Source: Patescibacteria group bacterium (lineage in GTDB: Bacteria; Patescibacteriota; Patescibacteriia; JBAZBY01). Taken from it: DNA of 64,000 bases. Where the stretch lies: assembly GCA_041671225.1 (NCBI GenBank), contig JBAZBY010000001.1:961130-1025129 (forward strand), written 5' to 3'. The notes beneath the pieces were generated by a model, which was not told the origin of the DNA, searched no databases, and saw only the letters and a list, made by a program, of their open reading frames with translations. Positions 15,800 to 25,839 of this stretch are shown piece by piece. A program made the translations under genes and the position numbers. The stretch's first letter is position 1. Each line of letters starts with the position of its first letter.

Positions 15800-18700
15800 A
15801 TGATTCAACTCGTAATAAAGCATAAAACGAAGCAGCGCCTTGTGAAGGCGGTGAACGTTTTTGTGCAGTTCACCTTCGTGGTGTACAGCGTCGGGTTCGG
15901 CTTTTTGGCCGCCCCGATGCAGGCAAACGCAGCTTCCACCCCTATCATCGGTGAAGCGGAAGACACCGCAGGCCTCGTAACCACCACAGACACCAAACAA
16001 CTGGCGCCCGCAGCAGAAACAGTAACCACTGATGCAACCTGCCCCACTGGGGATGTTCATGCATATGTAAGCGCGACTGGGCCCTTGGTCTACGACCTCG
16101 GCCACTACGACGGATCAGCAACGATCACGGGAAATGCAACGACGGCACATTGGGCTGTATCTCCTGGTTACACCATCAGCAAAGTGTGTATAAAAATTGA
16201 CGGTCCTGATGGCGGCAGCTTGATCACAAATCTTGACCCACCAGCAGTCGGAACATACACGAAGGACCAATACGATATCATCAGTATTGTTCTCTACACC
16301 GACCTGACGCCTTATACAAACCCCCGGCTGGCAAATTCATGTGGTCTTGATATTGCGTTGGTCATTGATAGCTCTGGTTCCATTGATACTGGCGAACTTC
16401 TAGACATGAAAAATGCATATCACGCCTTTGTGAATGCACTGCTCCCTGCAACTCCGACGCAGTTCGGTGTTGTGGAATTCGACACGAACGTGGTGACCCC
16501 GACGCTCAGCTTTACGAATATCGCCACCACGGTCAACGATCGCATTGACGATGCAGAGAGCGAAGGTTGGACCAACTGGGCGGATGCCTTGGAAGAAACA
16601 TCCCGTCTCCCGTTTAAAAATCGCACAAATCCTGATCTTGTGATCTTTGCTTCAGACGGCAATCCGAACACGATTGATATCAACGCTCCTGCATACAATG
16701 CCGGCCACTACAGCGACACCACGGCCACGAACGCAGCAATGGTGTACTCCGAGCAGATCAAAGCAGCCGGCATCCGCATACTTTCGGTTGGCATTGGTGA
16801 TGGACTTGATATTGAAAACCTCAAAGCAATCTCCGGACCGAACGTGAACACTGGCAACATCCTGACAAGTGACGTGATCACGACAAGCTTTACCACGCTG
16901 GCGGCAGATCTCGCAAAGGTTGCAACAACACTCTGCGGCGGAACCATCACCGTAACCAAGAATGTGGACGGCACACCGGCAGCAGGCTGGGAGTTCAGCG
17001 CAGATGTAACCGATGGCACCGTGGATCCGGTGAGCGGTACAACGACTGGAACAGAAGGCCAGGTCACGTTTGACATCAGCGACATCGGTGCAAATGGAGC
17101 AACGGCAAGCATCACGGAAACAACGCAGAACGGCTTTGCACTCAATGATGCGTCCTGCAGTGACCAGAATAAACATGAGGTTGGAACCTTCAACCCGCAA
17201 ACGCACAGCGTCGATGGCATTCCAGTGAGTCAGCAAGACATCATCTCCTGCACGTTCAACAACCTCACCCAGAAAGGCGATTTGACCGTCATCAAGCACG
17301 TTGTTGGCGGAACTGCACAAGCATCGAACTGGACCATGAACATCAACAATGGCGTCGGTTCATTCCCTGGCAGTGAAACGGGGACACAGAAAACAGTAAC
17401 CCCCGGAATATACACCGTTACTGAATCCGGCGGCCCGAGCGGCTACACTCTCACCTACTCTGGTGATTGTAATGCACAAGGTGTTGTTTCTGTTGCTTCC
17501 AACGAAGACAAGACCTGCACCCTCACGAACACGCGCGACACGGGCGACTTGACGATCGTCAAGCAAGATCAAAACCAGCAACGCATGCCTGGCGTCGTAT
17601 TCTCGGTTGATGGAACACAGTACACAACGGACAGCAACGGTACCATTGTCGTTCCGGCGCCAGTCTACACCGGTGAACATACTGTCCTTGAAACCTCACC
17701 GGACGGCTATACCTTCTCGAGCGTCACTGGCACGAATTGCACCAACAGCAATCCCTCCATTGCAACGGTTGTCACAGAAGGAACGACCTGTACGTTTACC
17801 AACACCAGAAACACCGCCACTATCACCTTTGACAAGGTGGTGCTCGGCGGTGGTCCAGCAATGGACCAGGACTGGACCTTCACCATTGACGGCCAGGCAG
17901 GCTCATGGAAAGACGGCCAGTCAGTTGCACTCCCCACAGGCACCGGACCGTACACCGTACATGAATCATCTGCATATGATGCACAGTACACATTGACCGG
18001 CGCATCCGGCGCATGTTCGCTCGTGAAGGGAGAGATCAAGCTCAACGTCGGCGATGAAAATGCAACCTGCACGGTGACCAACGCCCGCAAGACGGGCACC
18101 ATCACTGTGAACAAAAAATTCGATGATAACGGCGACGGACAGATCGACCGCACAAATCCCGGAACCTGGACATGGGATGTCGTTGGCGGCACGCAGAACA
18201 ATGCGGGCGGCGCAACCCTGACCCTTCCGACCGGCCCATACACGCTCACTGAAGATACGATCGCGGATTACAATTCTTCCTGGACATGCACGGATACAAC
18301 GAGCGGCAACGGCGTGAGTATTGCTACAACGCTCGGCGCAAGTCAGGATCTCACCTGCACGTTCACGAACACGCGCAAAACCGGCAACGTGACCTTTGAA
18401 AAGGTCGTTGCAACCGGAACAGCAAACCCAAGCGCATGGACGTTCACCATCGATGGAATTGTGGGAACATTCAATCACGGCCAACGCATCTCGCTCCCGA
18501 CCGGAGATTATACCGTCACTGAACACGGCCCTGCGGGTTATTCCAAGACGGGCGCGTCCGGCATCTGCGGTGCGCTGACAGCGCCAACACTGAGCGCTGC
18601 ATTTACTCCCATCATGGAAGGCACTGCCATCATGCATGTCACGGAAGACGGTGGCACGTGCACCTTCACGAACGAACGCGACACCGGAACCATCACCGTT

Positions 18701-21700
18701 CTCAAGAACGTTGACATGGACGGCGACGGCGATATTGACGTGTTCGGCGCAACCGACTGGAGCTGGAACATCACGAATGGCCAGCAGAACATCGCGACCG
18801 GGCAAGTTGTTGAAGTGGAAACCGGCGCATACACCATCACGGAAAACCAGAAGCCTGGCTACCACGTGACGAACGTGACCTGCAATGACAACAATTTCGG
18901 CGCATCGATTTCCGCAGACATCATGGTGAATAAGGATCAAAACGTCACCTGCTCGTTCATCAACACGCGCGACACTGGAACGGTGACCTTCAATAAAGTG
19001 ATCCCGGGATATCCGGACGCAAAGACACTCTTTGAGTTCCGCGCCGACGGACGCATCTTCCATGACAACGAGTCTGGCACATTCCAGACCGGTGAATACA
19101 CCGTCACAGAGAACGACGTTGAAGGATATTCCTTTGACAGCGCTTCCGGCATCTGCGAGTACGACGAAAAAACGCATGACATTACGATGAACGTGACGGC
19201 GGATGGCGGTACCTGCATCATCACCAACACGCGCGACATCGGCACCATCTCCGGAGTGAAGTTCAATGACTTGAACGGAAACGGCGTTCGCGATGCAGGA
19301 GAGCCTGGCGTTGCAAATGTCACCATCAATGCAAACAACGGCATGAGCACGACCACGGATGGTACCGGCGCATTTGCCTTTATGAACGTCCCGACCGGCC
19401 AGTACGCGGTGAGTGAAGTTGTTCCTGCTGGTTGGATCGCGACCACTCCTGCATCGGTCAACGTTACCGTAGTAAAGAATGAAACCGCATCTGTCGCGTT
19501 CGGCAACTTCAAACTTGGGACAATCACCGGTATGAAGTTCAATGATGTGAACGGTGACGGACAGGGCGATGATGAAGATGGTCTCAAGAACTGGACCATC
19601 CAGCTCTGGGTCTGCAATCCTCTTGTGCTTGATACAAACAGCGACAGTGACTTCGGCCTTGATGATGCAACGCGTTTCACAATGGCCTATAAGACCGGGG
19701 ATGTATCCGGCTCGGACGCAAACGGCAACGGTATCATTGATACCGCAGATTTGAAGTGTGCAAAGGATGCATACAGCGATGGCATCTTGAACCCGATCGC
19801 GAGCACGCTGACCGACGAAGATGGAGAGTACTCTTTCAATGACCTCGGCCCTGGCACATACTTCATCACTGAAGTCCAGCAAGACGGCTGGCAGCAAACC
19901 GCACCAGCATCCGGCTACCACCAGGTTCAACTTACCTCAGGTGCGAACATCACTGACAAGGACTTCGGGAACTTCCAGCTCGGCCGCATCAGTGGCTACA
20001 AATATGACACACAGGAAAACTGGCTGAATGGCTGGGAGATCTGCCTTATGCCCGTCGTTGGGCAGCAGGATGATCTTGCACTCACCTCCATAAGTGAAAG
20101 TGAAGACAACTGCGTCATCACCGGATCCGGCGAATGGCCAGATGGGTATTATGAGTTCACGGATCTCTTTGCCGGTATGTATACCGTGCAAGAAACACAA
20201 CAGTCCGGGTGGAAACAAGTCTCCCCGAATGATCCTGGCACATACACCGTGGAAGTCACCTCTGGTACCGGATACGGCGAATCCGAGCTGTATGACTTCG
20301 TGAACCGCCAGCTCTTCCCGGATCTCACCATCAGCAAAGATGACGGACTTGCACAGGCAGAACCAGGCGCAACGCTCACCTATGCCATCACCGTAACCAA
20401 CAACGGCGAGTACGATGCACATGGAGTGTTCATCCTGGATACACTGCCAGCACATGTCACCTACGTCTCTGATACCTCGGGCGTCTCCGTGAATCAATCC
20501 GGCACGACGCTCATGTGGGACTTCCCCGCATTGACGCTTGCCGCAGGTGAAAGCATGAGTTTTGACCTCACGGTAAAGATAGACGACATCATGCCGACTG
20601 GCACCACCACGCTCACCAATGCCATCGTGGTCTCAACTGAATCCGTGGAATCGGATCTCACAAATAACAGCGCATCAGACACAACAACTGTTGCGGCTGC
20701 TCCGATCATCAGCATCGCAAAGAGCGACTCCCCTGACCCGGTTGAAGCAGGTGCACTCCTCACATACACCATTGACTGGGATGTGATGGGCAATGCCGTT
20801 GCAACAAATGTCACCATTGTCGACACGCTGGATGCAAACACGAGCTTTGTCTCTGCTTCAAACAGCGGCGCCTATGATGCAAGCACTCACATGGTCACAT
20901 GGAATCTCGGCGATATCACACCGCTTGCAAACGGCAGCCTCACGCTTGTTGTGCGCGTTGCAAGCCCGCTTACAAACGCAACGGAACTTGTGAACACCGT
21001 TGTCATGGACAGCAGCGAAAACACACCGGTCAATGATGATGAACCGACAACGGTCACATCTGCGCCGGAACTTACCATCACAAAGGACGTGAGCCAGGTT
21101 GCGGCAAACCCAGGAAACAAGATTACCTACACCATCATTGTTAGCAACCTCGCAAGCGCAAACGCTATCGCAAAGGACGTCACGATCAGTGACACCCTGC
21201 CAAATGGCTTCACACTCGCAAGCGACGACAAAGGCGTATACAACGTGAACGTCGGCGATCTTGCTCCTGGTGAAAGTGAAAGCGTCAGCTTTGACGTCAT
21301 CATTGGCAAAGGCGTTACTGCAGGAGCCTACACCAACACGGGTATTGGCGACGCAGACAACAGCGAGCCTGTTGATGATGATGCAGTTATCACCGTCGTT
21401 GTACCAAAGGTTCTCGGCGTTGATACGAGCGCTCAGCTCACCATCAATAAGACCGTGGACAAGGAGGTAATTAATCCTCGAGGATTGCTGCTCTACTCCG
21501 TGACCGTGACCAACGTCGGCGATGAAACCGCGACGAACGTGACCGTGACGGACAACTTGCCACAGGGCTTCACCTTTGTGGCTGACGGAGCGGTGACCAA
21601 GGTCTACGCCATCGGTGATCTTGAACCGAATCACAGCCGCACCATTACGTACCAAGTACGCGTTGCAGAAGATGCAAAGGCCGGTACGTACACCAACCTT

Positions 21701-21907
21701 GCTGTGGCAACTGCGGATAATGCAAGCAAGATCGCTGATCAGGCTGATGTGGAAGTCCGCCCGGGACGCGTCCTTGCGGCAACCGGCGCAGGAACGCTTG
21801 AATACGCAATGGGTATTCTCGCAACACTACTCCTCGCGCTAGGGTTTGCTGGCATCGCCCGCTACGCCCAAAAGCGCCGCGAAGACGAATTGCAGAAAAC
21901 TGCATAA
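15800..21907 (+). CDS. Giant sortase-anchored cell-surface protein (2,036 aa): signal peptide, vWA, ~12 Cna-B/SpaA-like repeats, SdrD-B-like domains, DUF11 repeats, LAATG sorting signal
   Basis: Signal peptide MIQLVIKHKTKQRLVKAVNVFVQFTFVVYSVGFGFLAAPMQANA|AS. vWA MIDAS LVIDSSGSID...FASDGNPNT. ~95-aa repeats ending CTFTNTRDTG/KTG. GxISGxKFNDLNGNG SdrD-B-like units. DUF11 units (LTYAITVTNNG). C-terminus RVLAATGAGTLEYAMGILATLLLALGFAGIARYAQKRRE is LAXTG + TM + basic tail. Confidence 0.85.
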   Translation: MIQLVIKHKTKQRLVKAVNVFVQFTFVVYSVGFGFLAAPMQANAASTPIIGEAEDTAGLVTTTDTKQLAPAAETVTTDATCPTGDVHAYVSATGPLVYDLGHYDGSATITGNATTAHWAVSPGYTISKVCIKIDGPDGGSLITNLDPPAVGTYTKDQYDIISIVLYTDLTPYTNPRLANSCGLDIALVIDSSGSIDTGELLDMKNAYHAFVNALLPATPTQFGVVEFDTNVVTPTLSFTNIATTVNDRIDDAESEGWTNWADALEETSRLPFKNRTNPDLVIFASDGNPNTIDINAPAYNAGHYSDTTATNAAMVYSEQIKAAGIRILSVGIGDGLDIENLKAISGPNVNTGNILTSDVITTSFTTLAADLAKVATTLCGGTITVTKNVDGTPAAGWEFSADVTDGTVDPVSGTTTGTEGQVTFDISDIGANGATASITETTQNGFALNDASCSDQNKHEVGTFNPQTHSVDGIPVSQQDIISCTFNNLTQKGDLTVIKHVVGGTAQASNWTMNINNGVGSFPGSETGTQKTVTPGIYTVTESGGPSGYTLTYSGDCNAQGVVSVASNEDKTCTLTNTRDTGDLTIVKQDQNQQRMPGVVFSVDGTQYTTDSNGTIVVPAPVYTGEHTVLETSPDGYTFSSVTGTNCTNSNPSIATVVTEGTTCTFTNTRNTATITFDKVVLGGGPAMDQDWTFTIDGQAGSWKDGQSVALPTGTGPYTVHESSAYDAQYTLTGASGACSLVKGEIKLNVGDENATCTVTNARKTGTITVNKKFDDNGDGQIDRTNPGTWTWDVVGGTQNNAGGATLTLPTGPYTLTEDTIADYNSSWTCTDTTSGNGVSIATTLGASQDLTCTFTNTRKTGNVTFEKVVATGTANPSAWTFTIDGIVGTFNHGQRISLPTGDYTVTEHGPAGYSKTGASGICGALTAPTLSAAFTPIMEGTAIMHVTEDGGTCTFTNERDTGTITVLKNVDMDGDGDIDVFGATDWSWNITNGQQNIATGQVVEVETGAYTITENQKPGYHVTNVTCNDNNFGASISADIMVNKDQNVTCSFINTRDTGTVTFNKVIPGYPDAKTLFEFRADGRIFHDNESGTFQTGEYTVTENDVEGYSFDSASGICEYDEKTHDITMNVTADGGTCIITNTRDIGTISGVKFNDLNGNGVRDAGEPGVANVTINANNGMSTTTDGTGAFAFMNVPTGQYAVSEVVPAGWIATTPASVNVTVVKNETASVAFGNFKLGTITGMKFNDVNGDGQGDDEDGLKNWTIQLWVCNPLVLDTNSDSDFGLDDATRFTMAYKTGDVSGSDANGNGIIDTADLKCAKDAYSDGILNPIASTLTDEDGEYSFNDLGPGTYFITEVQQDGWQQTAPASGYHQVQLTSGANITDKDFGNFQLGRISGYKYDTQENWLNGWEICLMPVVGQQDDLALTSISESEDNCVITGSGEWPDGYYEFTDLFAGMYTVQETQQSGWKQVSPNDPGTYTVEVTSGTGYGESELYDFVNRQLFPDLTISKDDGLAQAEPGATLTYAITVTNNGEYDAHGVFILDTLPAHVTYVSDTSGVSVNQSGTTLMWDFPALTLAAGESMSFDLTVKIDDIMPTGTTTLTNAIVVSTESVESDLTNNSASDTTTVAAAPIISIAKSDSPDPVEAGALLTYTIDWDVMGNAVATNVTIVDTLDANTSFVSASNSGAYDASTHMVTWNLGDITPLANGSLTLVVRVASPLTNATELVNTVVMDSSENTPVNDDEPTTVTSAPELTITKDVSQVAANPGNKITYTIIVSNLASANAIAKDVTISDTLPNGFTLASDDKGVYNVNVGDLAPGESESVSFDVIIGKGVTAGAYTNTGIGDADNSEPVDDDAVITVVVPKVLGVDTSAQLTINKTVDKEVINPRGLLLYSVTVTNVGDETATNVTVTDNLPQGFTFVADGAVTKVYAIGDLEPNHSRTITYQVRVAEDAKAGTYTNLAVATADNASKIADQADVEVRPGRVLAATGAGTLEYAMGILATLLLALGFAGIARYAQKRREDELQKTA

Positions 21908-22004
21908 AAATGGCATACTGTGGGAGCCTCTGGTGGCTTTGCTCCGGGGCTCCCACATTGGGAATTATTCATACAAATCAACGTCATTTAAGAAAATCCT
22001 ATCT

Positions 22005-25000
22005 ATGAAGAAATATTACAAACCAGCAAAAATTGCGCTCAATGTAATCGCAATTATTGCCATGGTGTTCTACCCCGGGGGTTTTGCCCTTGTGGGTAAT
22101 GCCGCACATGGCAGCACTACCGGAAACGGAAATCCCGGGAGTATCAAAACAACGAATGTCGACTGCGGAAGCGTTCAGACGAACGTCAACCACTACGACG
22201 TAGGCGACCATGTGTACATCCACGGCAATGGTGACGACAAAGGAAGAACCTTTGATCCAGGCACGTACGACTGGGATATTACAGGAAAACCTGGCAAAGC
22301 TTCACAACATCCAAATACTGTCGTTGCACATGGCAGCTTCACTGTGGATGCCACTGGCATATTCTGCTTTGACGCATACACAATCTTACCTGGTGATGGC
22401 GGAACATATGGCGTGACCTTCAATGACAAACACGACAACTACCGCGTGCACAACCCCGCTGTATGCACCAACCCACTTGATTATGTTGATGACCAAGGAA
22501 ATCTCGGTGAAGATGGTGAGGTCTCGCTTTCTGACGCAACTTATTTCACAAACCTGTTTAAACCGAATAGCCTCACAGCAAAAGACCCTGCAGCTGATGT
22601 GAATGACGATGGCGAGGTTGATGATGATGATAAGAATTGTGCAAAAAAATACTACAGCACCGGTGAATACGCTTGCCCGATTGAATGTGATGATGAAGAG
22701 GGTGGGAAAAAAGACAAGTCAAGTCAACAAACGGTGGAACCAACCACAATCTGCTCCAGTCCATTAGACTATGTCCATGAGGACGGAACACTTGGAGCGG
22801 ATGGCAAGATAGGACTCGGCGATGCTGCAAAGTTTGAAGAGTACTACGCAACGCAAGACTCAAAAGCAAATGTCTACATTGGCAACGAGCTCTCAGAGCA
22901 GGATGTCGTGGACTCGCACGACCAAGTTTGTGCAGATAAGTATTATGCTACCGGTGAATACGCTTGTGCACTTGCTTGCCCGGAAGATTATTTTGATCAA
23001 GAACTCACGCTTAGTACTGAAATCACTCCAAAGAGCAATCCTCTCGTTTTTCAGCCAGTATGCACGGAAGGATCTGCATGGGCAAATGAAGTAATCTCTT
23101 CTGACCAAGGAACTAAAAATGACGGAGGTGTTATTGATCTGAACCGCTCAGATGCAACACAAGTCCTTGGCGCAAATGACGGCGTATTCTTCAGTCTTGG
23201 TCGCAAAATCGACCACCCATATGGCGGTACCATTACGGTAAAATTTGCACATCCAGTGGTAAACATTGCTGGCGCAGATCTCACGCTCTATGAAGTGACC
23301 AATGGCGACCGTGTTGCATATGGCGTTGAGAAAGCACAGGTGTCAGTGAGCCAGGACGGCATCACCTGGGGACTGAGCGGCGAGATCAACAACCAAGCGC
23401 CGACCGGCATCGGAGAGATCGACATTAGCAACACCGGAACCGGTTGGACATGGATTCAATATGTGCAAATTACCGATGCAACGGATTTTGAATCGGAATT
23501 TTCCGGCATCCCATCAGCGGATGGCTACGATCTGAATGCCATACAGGCAACGTATCAACTCTGCTCCTGCGTGAGTCCGCTTGATTTGAACAGCTCAGAC
23601 GGCACCAATGTGCCGGACGGCGAGATCGGTCTCTCCGATGCAACGCTGTGGACGCAGTATTTTCTAAATGATAATCCGCGTTCTGATGTGAACGGAAATG
23701 GCGTCAAAGACTACGGTGATTATCTCTGTGCAAAACCATATTTTGCTGACGGTGGCCCATACACTTGCGACATTGAATGTGCTGCAGTTTGTGGAGACGC
23801 CAGTGTTAATCAAGAAACAGAACAATGCGATGATGGAAACATCACGAGTGGTGACGGCTGTTCCTCGATCTGCCAGATCGAGCCGCAAACAGGCTCCCTC
23901 ACCATCTGCAAATACAATGATGTTGACCTGAACGGGACATACGATGATGGAACTGACCTGCCACTACAATGGAGTATGACCGTTGATGCATTGAGTGGAT
24001 CAAATGAGGGAGATACATGGTTCACTGGAACAAACTCGGAAACCGGCTGTGTAACGCTTGAAGGTTTCCCCTACGGAAACTATGACGTCACTGAGGCTAC
24101 CGTAGAAGGCTGGACTGGCACATACCCAAGCGATACCGATATGCAGAATGTCACTCTTGATGCGGAAACGCCAAACCCTGTTGTTACATTCCTTAATGCC
24201 CAAAACACCCCTGCAAGCCTCACCATCTCAAAAACAGACGGCCTTGAAACCGCGGATGCTGGTGCTACGCTTCCCTATGCAATCACCGTTACCAACACTG
24301 GAGAAACAGAAGCAACAGGCGTTGAAGTTGTTGACGCCATTCCTACAGAAGTTGCCTCTGTGAGTAATATCTCAGATAGCGGCGTGGAAGGTGCCGGAAT
24401 CATCACGTGGGAGAATCTCACGATTCCAGCACTGTCATCCATTACACTAACCTTTGATGGAATACTGAATGCAGAATTCCCTGATGGAACAACGATCGTG
24501 CACAATGAAGCAACGCTCGATTGCAGCGAACCCAATCAGGAATTGAGCTTCGCGGTTCTTGATGTTGTTTGCCCATTCAGCGGCACAGGAACGGATGACA
24601 CGTCGGTAACGATCACCCCAGAAAAAGTAGTCATTACCACTGCACCAATACTTACCATTGAAAAGAATGTGGACAAGTCATCTGTTGTAGCGGGAAGCAA
24701 CGTTACCTACACCATTACGATCACAAACAACGGCGATGGCACTGCAGAAAATGTCGTACTTGCTGATCCTCTGCCAGGCGACTTCTACATCACGCTGAAC
24801 AACAACACTGCATACAATGAATCAGTCGGTGATCTCGCGGCAGGAGACGCGGTAACGACAAGCTACACCGTAACCATTCCGTCAGACACGGCAAATGGTG
24901 ACTATGTGAACACGGCAACGGTCTCTGCAAGCAACTATGCAGATATCAGCGATTCCGCTACCGTCACCGTCTCCCGTCCAGGGAGAGTGCTCGGCGAGGA

Positions 25001-25199
25001 CACGCAGCAGCATCTCGTGGTCCCCGGCACCATCATTGATGACACCACGGCACAACCAACAGGCAAGGTACTCGGCGCGGAAGATCTCGCAGAAACCGGT
25101 GCAGGACTCATGGAATACATCATGTTTACGCTTGCCGCACTTATGATCGGCTTTGGTATCTTCGGCATCCGTAAAGCGAACATCATCAAAAACGACTAA
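22005..25199 (+). CDS. Second sortase-anchored surface protein (1,065 aa): dockerin-like Ca-binding repeats, Cys-rich CxxCDDGNxxxGDGCSxxC repeat, prealbumin-like and DUF11 domains, LAETG sorting signal
   Basis: Signal peptide MKKYYKPAKIALNVIAIIAMVFYPGGFALVGNAAHG. Four repeats of C..PLDY..(D/E)DG.LG.DG...L.DA..F....DVN(D/G)(D/N)GEVDD...CAK.YY..GEYAC. Myxococcus-type Cys-rich repeat CGDASVNQETEQCDDGNITSGDGCSSICQIE. C-terminus GKVLGAEDLAETGAGLMEYIMFTLAALMIGFGIFGIRKANIIKND. Confidence 0.85.
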   Translation: MKKYYKPAKIALNVIAIIAMVFYPGGFALVGNAAHGSTTGNGNPGSIKTTNVDCGSVQTNVNHYDVGDHVYIHGNGDDKGRTFDPGTYDWDITGKPGKASQHPNTVVAHGSFTVDATGIFCFDAYTILPGDGGTYGVTFNDKHDNYRVHNPAVCTNPLDYVDDQGNLGEDGEVSLSDATYFTNLFKPNSLTAKDPAADVNDDGEVDDDDKNCAKKYYSTGEYACPIECDDEEGGKKDKSSQQTVEPTTICSSPLDYVHEDGTLGADGKIGLGDAAKFEEYYATQDSKANVYIGNELSEQDVVDSHDQVCADKYYATGEYACALACPEDYFDQELTLSTEITPKSNPLVFQPVCTEGSAWANEVISSDQGTKNDGGVIDLNRSDATQVLGANDGVFFSLGRKIDHPYGGTITVKFAHPVVNIAGADLTLYEVTNGDRVAYGVEKAQVSVSQDGITWGLSGEINNQAPTGIGEIDISNTGTGWTWIQYVQITDATDFESEFSGIPSADGYDLNAIQATYQLCSCVSPLDLNSSDGTNVPDGEIGLSDATLWTQYFLNDNPRSDVNGNGVKDYGDYLCAKPYFADGGPYTCDIECAAVCGDASVNQETEQCDDGNITSGDGCSSICQIEPQTGSLTICKYNDVDLNGTYDDGTDLPLQWSMTVDALSGSNEGDTWFTGTNSETGCVTLEGFPYGNYDVTEATVEGWTGTYPSDTDMQNVTLDAETPNPVVTFLNAQNTPASLTISKTDGLETADAGATLPYAITVTNTGETEATGVEVVDAIPTEVASVSNISDSGVEGAGIITWENLTIPALSSITLTFDGILNAEFPDGTTIVHNEATLDCSEPNQELSFAVLDVVCPFSGTGTDDTSVTITPEKVVITTAPILTIEKNVDKSSVVAGSNVTYTITITNNGDGTAENVVLADPLPGDFYITLNNNTAYNESVGDLAAGDAVTTSYTVTIPSDTANGDYVNTATVSASNYADISDSATVTVSRPGRVLGEDTQQHLVVPGTIIDDTTAQPTGKVLGAEDLAETGAGLMEYIMFTLAALMIGFGIFGIRKANIIKND

Positions 25200-25837
25200 T
25201 GACAGAAACCCGTAGTGAGGATCACACGGGGGAAACACGAGGAGGGCGAAAACGAATCGTACTCCTCGCTGTTTCCATAGGTCTTCTCTTGATTGGTGCG
25301 GCGCTCATTGCATATCCGTTTCTCCCGCGCATCAAATACGCGCTTCTCAAACCAGAGCCACAGTTTCCATACCAGTCCCGCCTCATTGATGAGAATCCTG
25401 AACTCGCTTCCCTTCCAGAAACCGCGTTCAAGCCAGTCCCAGAGGATAATCGCCTGGTCATTCCAAAAATAGGCGTTGACGTCGCGATCGTGGAAGGGGC
25501 AGACCAAAATGCACTGAATCGCGGTATCTGGCACATCCCTGACACATCAAACCCGACACTGGGCGGCAACACCGTTCTCTCTGGTCACCGCTTCCAATAC
25601 CTCCCGCCGAGTTCGCAGACGCTTTATCTGCTGGACAAGCTGGAAACACATGATGACATCATCATCTACTGGGAAGGCAAAGAATATGATTACAAGGTAA
25701 CCGGCCGCGATATCATTCTCCCAACGCAAGTTGAAATATTAGAGAACACCAGTAACGCACAATTGACGCTCTTCACGTGCACACCGCTCTTCACGACATC
25801 AAAACGTTTAGTTATCTTTAGCGAACAAGTGAGCTAA
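25199..25837 (+). CDS. Sortase (class E-like, candidate LAXTG-specific transpeptidase)
   Basis: N-terminal TM anchor. Catalytic His in TVLSGHR. TLxTC motif QLTLFTCTP. Conserved Arg in KRLVIF. Start overlaps the preceding stop (TAATG). Confidence 0.85.
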   Translation: MTETRSEDHTGETRGGRKRIVLLAVSIGLLLIGAALIAYPFLPRIKYALLKPEPQFPYQSRLIDENPELASLPETAFKPVPEDNRLVIPKIGVDVAIVEGADQNALNRGIWHIPDTSNPTLGGNTVLSGHRFQYLPPSSQTLYLLDKLETHDDIIIYWEGKEYDYKVTGRDIILPTQVEILENTSNAQLTLFTCTPLFTTSKRLVIFSEQVS

Positions 25838-25839
25838 TT

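Noticed and set aside
16652-21655. Long antisense ORFs inside the giant adhesin genes (for example 17966..19930 at 654 aa, 20858..21655, 18937..19680)
   Set aside because: They are shadow ORFs from stop-codon-poor, GC-rich repetitive coding sequence. They have low-complexity Cys/Arg/Ala-rich translations and no start context.
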